Shown here: positions 58,306 to 64,000 of the stretch, piece by piece
How positions within the stretch are numbered: position 1 is the first letter of the stretch
Layout of the letters: every line of letters starts with the position of its first letter
From: Promethearchaeati archaeon
GTDB lineage: Archaea; Asgardarchaeota; Heimdallarchaeia; Heimdallarchaeales; Heimdallarchaeaceae
Assembly (NCBI GenBank): GCA_013166775.1
Contig: JABLTJ010000003.1
Coordinates: 32,001-96,000 of the forward strand
Length of the DNA: 64,000 bases
Direction: 5' to 3'
The notes under the pieces: model-generated
The model's database searches: none
Seen by the model: the letters and a program-made list of their open reading frames with translations, nothing else
What the model was told of the DNA's origin: nothing
Program-made: the position numbers and the translations under genes

Positions 58306-58870
58306 GTTTATCTATGTAATATCAATATATCGAGATATTAAAATGTTTTGTTGGAGGAATTTGTGGCCTGTTTAAGATTAATTTATCATAATTGTGATAT
58401 AGTGAGCGTTCTAATTCGAAAATACTTTCGATTTATTAATAAAGATTAATCAGTTCAAAGTTATTAAAGTGACTCGAAAAGTTTAATTTTACAAAGAACA
58501 TTGTAATTATGAAGGTTACAATCTTGAATGAAATGATACCTGAGATATCTGCAAAAGAATTTCTTTACTTTATCTGTGAATCTTCTCGACTTTACTGATA
58601 GTGTTAACAAAAGCAATTGGCAATCGTTTCTATGTTATATTAATTACAGAAAAATTAAGAAACAAATACAGTCATATATGTACAAAGTAGATGGATAATT
58701 GAAACATTTAACCTACGAATCCCTTTGAATGGTTCTAGTTTTTCCTTTAATTTGCTTCTAGTATATTATCTATTCATATAAGCTCAAACGATTTTTAACT
58801 TAGTTCAACAAATTATGTTTTTGGGAGAAAATAAGTTCTCTCTCAAACAAAACTTAATGGAAGTGATAAA

Positions 58871-60168
58871 ATGAAAAAAGTAAGTTCAATTCTTATTTGT
58901 TTTCTAATTCTATTCAACTTAAACATACTACTATGAACTGTGAAGATTTCAATATCACTAAAAGAAATGCTCTCTTCTGTACTGGGACATATGAAATCGG
59001 AGGAGATGGAGAACCCGATAATGCAATTGATTGGATAAACATAAACGAAGCGTTTACTAGCTATTCATGGTTAAAAAATAACCATGGAAATTATAAACTA
59101 GCAATCTTGGATACTGGATTAGATGAAGGAACATTTGTTTATTTCAGAAATAAGTACTCATCATCTTTGCTAAATCTTCGTCTTTTTAATGCTAATGGTC
59201 AAGAAGTTCAACCATATGATGCTATAGATTATGTTTCGGAATTTCATCATGGTACCTTTGTTACAAGTATAATAATACAATTACTAGAAAGAGATTCTCA
59301 CAATGTTAATGCACAAATTGATGTATATGTGATTGCTGATTCCGATGGTGATTTTGATGAAGATATTATGTATGATCAACTTAATAGAATTAAGACTTGG
59401 AATACTCAGAATCCAAATAATAGATATAAAGTTATTACCACTGCTTATAGAGATTCAAAGACTAGTGAACCAAGCTATACTTCACTAATTAACCAGCTTG
59501 TTAGTAACCAGAACTGTATATTCATAGCAGCATCAGGGAATTATGTTTATGGTGATCTTGAACATGGTACAGATCCAGACGACGAAAACTGGGGAAGCTA
59601 TCCTTCGAAACTACCTAAGGTGATAGGAGCAGGAGGAATATATGGCTATAACGTTCCAACAGAATACAGTAGCAAAAAAATAAATCGAATGACTGTACAG
59701 TCAGCATTTAGAAAACCTGAATTTAAGACAGGAGGTTACTGGCTTGGAAGTTGTTACAAACACAATGCACCTCTTTCAACTGCTGGAGTAGAATTAGCTG
59801 CTCCCGGATTTAAGATTGAAGGTTTCATGGATAAAGATGGTTTGGAAGGGGTAGAGAACTATATAGCTACCGGAACAAGTCTTTCAGCCCCTCAGGTAGC
59901 AGTAGCAGCTTATCTTGCAGCAAGAGCTAAATATTACTTGGATTCGTCTGATCCTTTGACTTATGATGACTTTTATGCAGCTATAGTTCAATCATCAGAA
60001 AATGATCCAAGTGGTAGATATAAGTCAACATACGACAAAATAAGGCATGAAAAAGTTGGAATACCAACAGCTAACCTTGGTACATATACAACTTATTTCT
60101 CATACAGAGTCGGGTATGGTTCTTTAGATGTACATGACATGATAGAATTTATAACTGATCTATCCTAA
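58871..60168 (+). CDS. S8 subtilisin-like serine protease; signal peptide out of frame
   Basis: ILDTG, HHGTFV, AASGN, GTSLSAP triad. The ATG at 58871 encodes MKKVSSILICFLILFNLNILL* in a different frame from the catalytic ORF (58897..60168). Confidence 0.85.
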
Positions 60169-60177
60169 GGTGAATAG

Positions 60178-61601
60178 ATGAAAAAAAAACAGAAGATTCT
60201 ATTATCTTGTGGGATTATTATACTAATAAACGTAATTTTAATCCCCTCTGTTTTTTTTTTATTCAACGATCTCCAAAGATAAAGGAGTTTTTATATCCTA
60301 ACCCTCTTTTCAATAATGGAACATTTTCAGACATGGTTATTGAAAACGATGATAAGATTCATTTCGGAATCAGAAGTTACAAACCTAATAATTCTGGTCC
60401 AACATATGCCCTTCTAGATTTTAGAAAGAATGCAGAGAATATTTTTTATTATGAAGCAATTAAACCCACAACTGGTTTTATTGATCAGTATCAAATTAGA
60501 ATCATATTGGATTCAGATAACAAACCCATGATTTACTATTACTATCTAAATTCTTGGGGATTCTTTCGTTCAAGAATATATATACTAGATGATGAGGAAT
60601 GGAAGTTTCCTTCTTTCTTCAACCCAACGCTAAGGTTAATTACTAACGGCCCTCTATTAAATTGGTTTAATTTTCAACCAGGAATTACATTTTATTCAAG
60701 CATTTATCAAGAACCGAGAATCAGCTATTATAATACTACACCTATTTTATATATGCAAAATTCTAGTACGGTTCATTTCTTAAATTCCTCTTTTATTGAA
60801 ATTCAGAATGCGGAAAGTTACGCACCTGGCGATTTTCAGATAATAGACACTTCTTTAGCGATTTTATGGACCAAGTATGAAAATTCCTCCTACTCCCACC
60901 CTTATTTAACAATAAAATGGGCACGAGAGGGATGGAAAATTTACAAATTGGGAAATGAGTTGGAGAACCATTTCTTAGCAAGAGCAATCATACCTTATGA
61001 TAACGTTTTCAATGTTTTCTATTATGATAATGGTGAATACAGTAATGATGCAAGATTATTTTTAGAGAAATTTTATAATTCAAGCTACTCTACAAAAGAA
61101 GAAATTACTTCCTTCAATGGTGAAATTTTCTTTTATGATGAATCAATTACAATGGTCTCTCCAGATTGCTTTGCGTTTTTATATTCAAAAAGCTCTTATG
61201 AACCTGACAGTCAATTTGATTTATACCTAGGAATTTACAATAGTTCATATTATCGTGAGATACAACTAACAGATACTCCAAATTATTCCGAATACTGGGC
61301 AAACTGCGAAACAGGGAATCAATATCTTCATTTTACATGGGGACATTTTGGTTATGAAGGTACAAATACAGTTGAATGGCATACTACGAGCATTTTTTAT
61401 AATAGGATCTTAATTTCAGATCTCAACAATCTTGAAAAGATAGAAGACATTGATTTCATAACATTATCACCACAGTTTGGAAAGAATAGCTCTTTCTCTT
61501 TGGTTCTTAATTACCTCTCAAGTTCATTGAATCATAAACAAGAATTTATTATCTTTCTTTCAACTATTCTCTGGAATTTTAAGAAAAATAAGAGGATATA
61601 G
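60178..61601 (+). CDS. Secreted beta-rich (propeller-like) protein; frameshifted at a T10 tract
   Basis: GGTGA RBS and the ATG at 60178 give MKKKQKILLSCGIIILINVILIPSVFF. T10 lies at 60251-60260, and the main ORF continues in the -1 frame. Confidence 0.7.
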
Positions 61602-61611
61602 GAGATTCTTT

Positions 61612-62121
61612 ATGAAATCTTTTGATGATATTATAAATTCCTTTGTAAAATTGCTTATGGAATTAGAAAATTATTCAAGTGTAGTTTCTGTTACATTAGG
61701 AGGTTCACAAGTGTCTGGTGTGGTTGATTCATTCAGTGATGTAGATTTGATGCTTATTTGCTTTGAGAATTCAAGCAAGAAATTATATGATGAACTTAAA
61801 AGATCAATAAGAAATGAATCTTATTTTAGATTTCTTGATGTGAAGATTATAGAGACATCTCATATACATCAGATTAATAATAGCATATCGTCTCCATTTT
61901 TCTATCATTTCATGAAAAATTCAATCGTCTTGATAGGAAAAAATCTAAAAGATGATTTCAAACTGAAAGAGATATGGTGTTATCATGCAATTAATAGCTA
62001 TCAAGACAAACTAAGAGCGGTAGAGGAATTGATAGAAAATTATCAGAACTATTCTGAATCAAAGATACTATTATATGAAATTGCAAAGCGTTTCATAATT
62101 ATAGCTGAACTACTCTTCTGA
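61612..62121 (+). CDS. Pol-beta-type minimal nucleotidyltransferase, possibly truncated
   Basis: LGGSQVSG...SDVDL...LDV; the helical C-terminal region ends abruptly. Confidence 0.75.
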   Translation: MKSFDDIINSFVKLLMELENYSSVVSVTLGGSQVSGVVDSFSDVDLMLICFENSSKKLYDELKRSIRNESYFRFLDVKIIETSHIHQINNSISSPFFYHFMKNSIVLIGKNLKDDFKLKEIWCYHAINSYQDKLRAVEELIENYQNYSESKILLYEIAKRFIIIAELLF

Positions 62122-62126
62122 TAGAT

Positions 62127-62372
62127 TTGGAAACATCTAAAGATTTGCTAACTTATTATATTGATTATAATATTACTTGGGGATTTGGGAAAATAAATGA
62201 GGGTAATTATTCCAAGTTTGGCTTATCAGTTGTTCCAACCTTCTACTTTTTCAATCAAACTGGATATGAAATTAATCTAAATAAGGGAGAAATGAATTTA
62301 TCACAATTAATTGATTTTATTGATCTTGAAATAAATATAACAAAAACATATGATCTAAAGATAATAGTCTGA
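62127..62372 (+). pseudogene. C-terminal fragment of a TlpA/thioredoxin-like protein
   Basis: YNITW..YSKFGLSVVPTFYFFNQTG; no CxxC and no good start. Confidence 0.55.
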
Positions 62373-62377
62373 TAGGT

Positions 62378-62938
62378 TTACCAATCAATATCAAATGTGA
62401 ATTCCATAATTGATGGTTCCAGAATTTTTCCATCTAGATAATTAATTAGTGTCATTTTGCTTGCAAGATATTCTTGAATATCACTCTTCAATATTTCCAA
62501 AGCAATACTGTCTAGTTCTTTCATTGTGTTTAATGTAACATAGAAAGTAGACATATTACTATCGTATTCAACATCAAATCTCTTGAAAGTGTGTTTAAAG
62601 AATTTAGAATTAAACATTTCTTCTATTTCTTGATACCGTCCTTTCAAAAACCATTCAGGCACAATCTCTTTCAGTTCATCAATTGAGCCATCAGATTCTC
62701 CTTGCTTTTGTTTGTGAAAAATACTTAACCATTTGAATATAATCTCATTTGTTTTATTTTCTAGAAAATCTTCCAGTCCATTTTTTTTTGCGCAGTTGCT
62801 TTTAACTTGATCAAAATATTCAGCAAACAACTCATCGGAATACTTGATTCTTTTAGCTTTGAACCAATCCCCTACTATTTGAAGAATCTCACCAACAGAT
62901 AGATTAAATGAAAATATATCTTCTTCACTTTCACTCAT
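62378..62938 (-). CDS. Hypothetical protein
   Basis: Long ORF; likely start is the ATG at 62938 (MSESEE). Confidence 0.7.
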   Translation of the reverse strand: MSESEEDIFSFNLSVGEILQIVGDWFKAKRIKYSDELFAEYFDQVKSNCAKKNGLEDFLENKTNEIIFKWLSIFHKQKQGESDGSIDELKEIVPEWFLKGRYQEIEEMFNSKFFKHTFKRFDVEYDSNMSTFYVTLNTMKELDSIALEILKSDIQEYLASKMTLINYLDGKILEPSIMEFTFDIDW

Positions 62939-63141
62939 GGTAATCCCTTTCGCTAATGTAGAATCATTATACAGTTGTTTTTCTCGTTTATAATCATTTC
63001 CAAGAATCAAAAATCCTCACACTTATTATTATTAAATTACTATTACCTTACTTTACTGCCCTTAATTGATATTTGCTTATACATCTCAAAATATCGATAT
63101 ATTCCGATATCCTTATATGCGTTGATGAGAAGACTCAAGCA

Positions 63142-63486
63142 ATGAGTGAAAAATATTTCAAGAAGATGATTGAATTATTGGAAGCTATGAATTCGAGATT
63201 GGAAAGAATCGAAATGAAGCTTTCTGTAGATTCTACACCTGTTTCTTCCTTAGATTTTTTGTCAAAAATACCTAGATCTCACATTGAAACATTTTCTGCT
63301 GTGCAGGAGCTTGGTGAAGCAACTTGTACAGAAGTAGCAGAAATTACAGGGAGGTCTCATAATTTAGAATCACGCTATTTAGTTCGCTTAAAAGAATTAG
63401 GGATGCTAAAAAACAAGAGAGTACCGGTTTCTGATTCTTCTAAAAGAGGGACAGAAGTTAAATACTTCATAGAGGAGGGTAACTGA
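63142..63486 (+). CDS. Coiled-coil plus winged-helix DNA-binding protein
   Basis: LLEAMNSRLERIE; ATCTEVAEITGRSHNLESRYLVRL.ELG. Confidence 0.82.
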   Translation: MSEKYFKKMIELLEAMNSRLERIEMKLSVDSTPVSSLDFLSKIPRSHIETFSAVQELGEATCTEVAEITGRSHNLESRYLVRLKELGMLKNKRVPVSDSSKRGTEVKYFIEEGN

Positions 63487-63487
63487 G

Positions 63488-64000
63488 ATGAAAACAATCT
63501 GTGTTCACAGTTATAAGGGAGGTACAGGGAAGACAACTTTTCTCTTAAATATAGCGGGTACTCTAGCAAAGAACAAGAAAAAGACTCTCGCTGTTGATTA
63601 TGATTTACGAGCTCCTTCCTTTCAATCATACTTTAAATTTGAAAGACAAGCTTATTTGACAGATTATCTCCTAGAAGAAATAAGTTTGAATAGAGTAATC
63701 TTTCCTTGTGAAGCTTCTGCAGATGTAAGATTGGATTTAATATTTTCCTCAATGGATTTTCTGAACCAGCATTCAAAACAAAGGGATAAGCTATCAAGAG
63801 ATGATGCAAAATTCCTAGCTAAACTATATGCTCTTCAAAAATCGATATATGGAAACTATGATTATCTTCTGATTGATACAATCCCTGGTTTCTTCTATAG
63901 GTCAATAGATACTATGATGGTATCTGATGTGATAATTGTAGTTGCAACCCCCAGTACTTCAAACGTTTTAGGAATACAGGAACTCTGCAATAACATCTAT
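63488..64000 (+). CDS. MinD/ParA family ATPase, truncated by the window edge
   Basis: Manual translation: MKTICVHSYKGGTGKTT...AVDYDLRAPS...YDYLLIDTIPG (deviant Walker A). Starts 1 nt after the upstream stop. Confidence 0.9.
   Translation, partial: MKTICVHSYKGGTGKTTFLLNIAGTLAKNKKKTLAVDYDLRAPSFQSYFKFERQAYLTDYLLEEISLNRVIFPCEASADVRLDLIFSSMDFLNQHSKQRDKLSRDDAKFLAKLYALQKSIYGNYDYLLIDTIPGFFYRSIDTMMVSDVIIVVATPSTSNVLGIQELCNNIY

Noticed and set aside
58306-58870. 565-bp AT-rich intergenic region as an origin, ncRNA or CRISPR leader
   Set aside because: No repeats, ORB boxes, GC-rich stems or direct-repeat array were seen; it may be promoters plus decayed sequence.
1-64000. tRNA, rRNA, CRISPR arrays, IS elements or integrases
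   Set aside because: No GC-rich structural RNA segment, spaced direct repeats, or transposase/integrase motifs were detected by reading.

Overview
Low-GC, gene-dense archaeal chromosome segment, most likely from an Asgard archaeon (Heimdallarchaeia-like). This is inferred from a Rab-like GTPase, longin/DENN-like proteins, a membrane RING protein, archaeal Orc1/Cdc6, AMP phosphorylase and GGTGA ribosome-binding sites. The centrepiece (14.9-24.3 kb) is an eight-gene heterodisulfide reductase/[NiFe]-hydrogenase operon in which HdrA is split into two halves by an inserted NuoEFG/HydCBA-like NAD(H) module: hdrC (with an N-terminal TM helix), hdrB, hdrA(N)::nuoE, nuoF/hydB, nuoG(N)::hdrA(C), mvhD, mvhG, mvhA. 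It is transcribed divergently from a persulfide-relay operon (tusA, sqr, tusA, dsrE2, dsrE, regulator), shares an upstream motif with it, and lies near a Ni/Co ECF transporter and two TauE exporters. Other notable elements are a translationally coupled surface vWA protein and transmembrane RING-finger protein, an RRE-like/SPASM radical SAM enzyme overlapping a 61-aa ORF, several candidate small-GTPase regulators or pseudo-GTPases, a DegV/hydrolase lipid cluster, and a partly decayed or frameshifted region at 58.9-62.4 kb. No rRNA, tRNA, CRISPR array or transposase was recognised. All family assignments come from reading motifs by eye, with no database searches.
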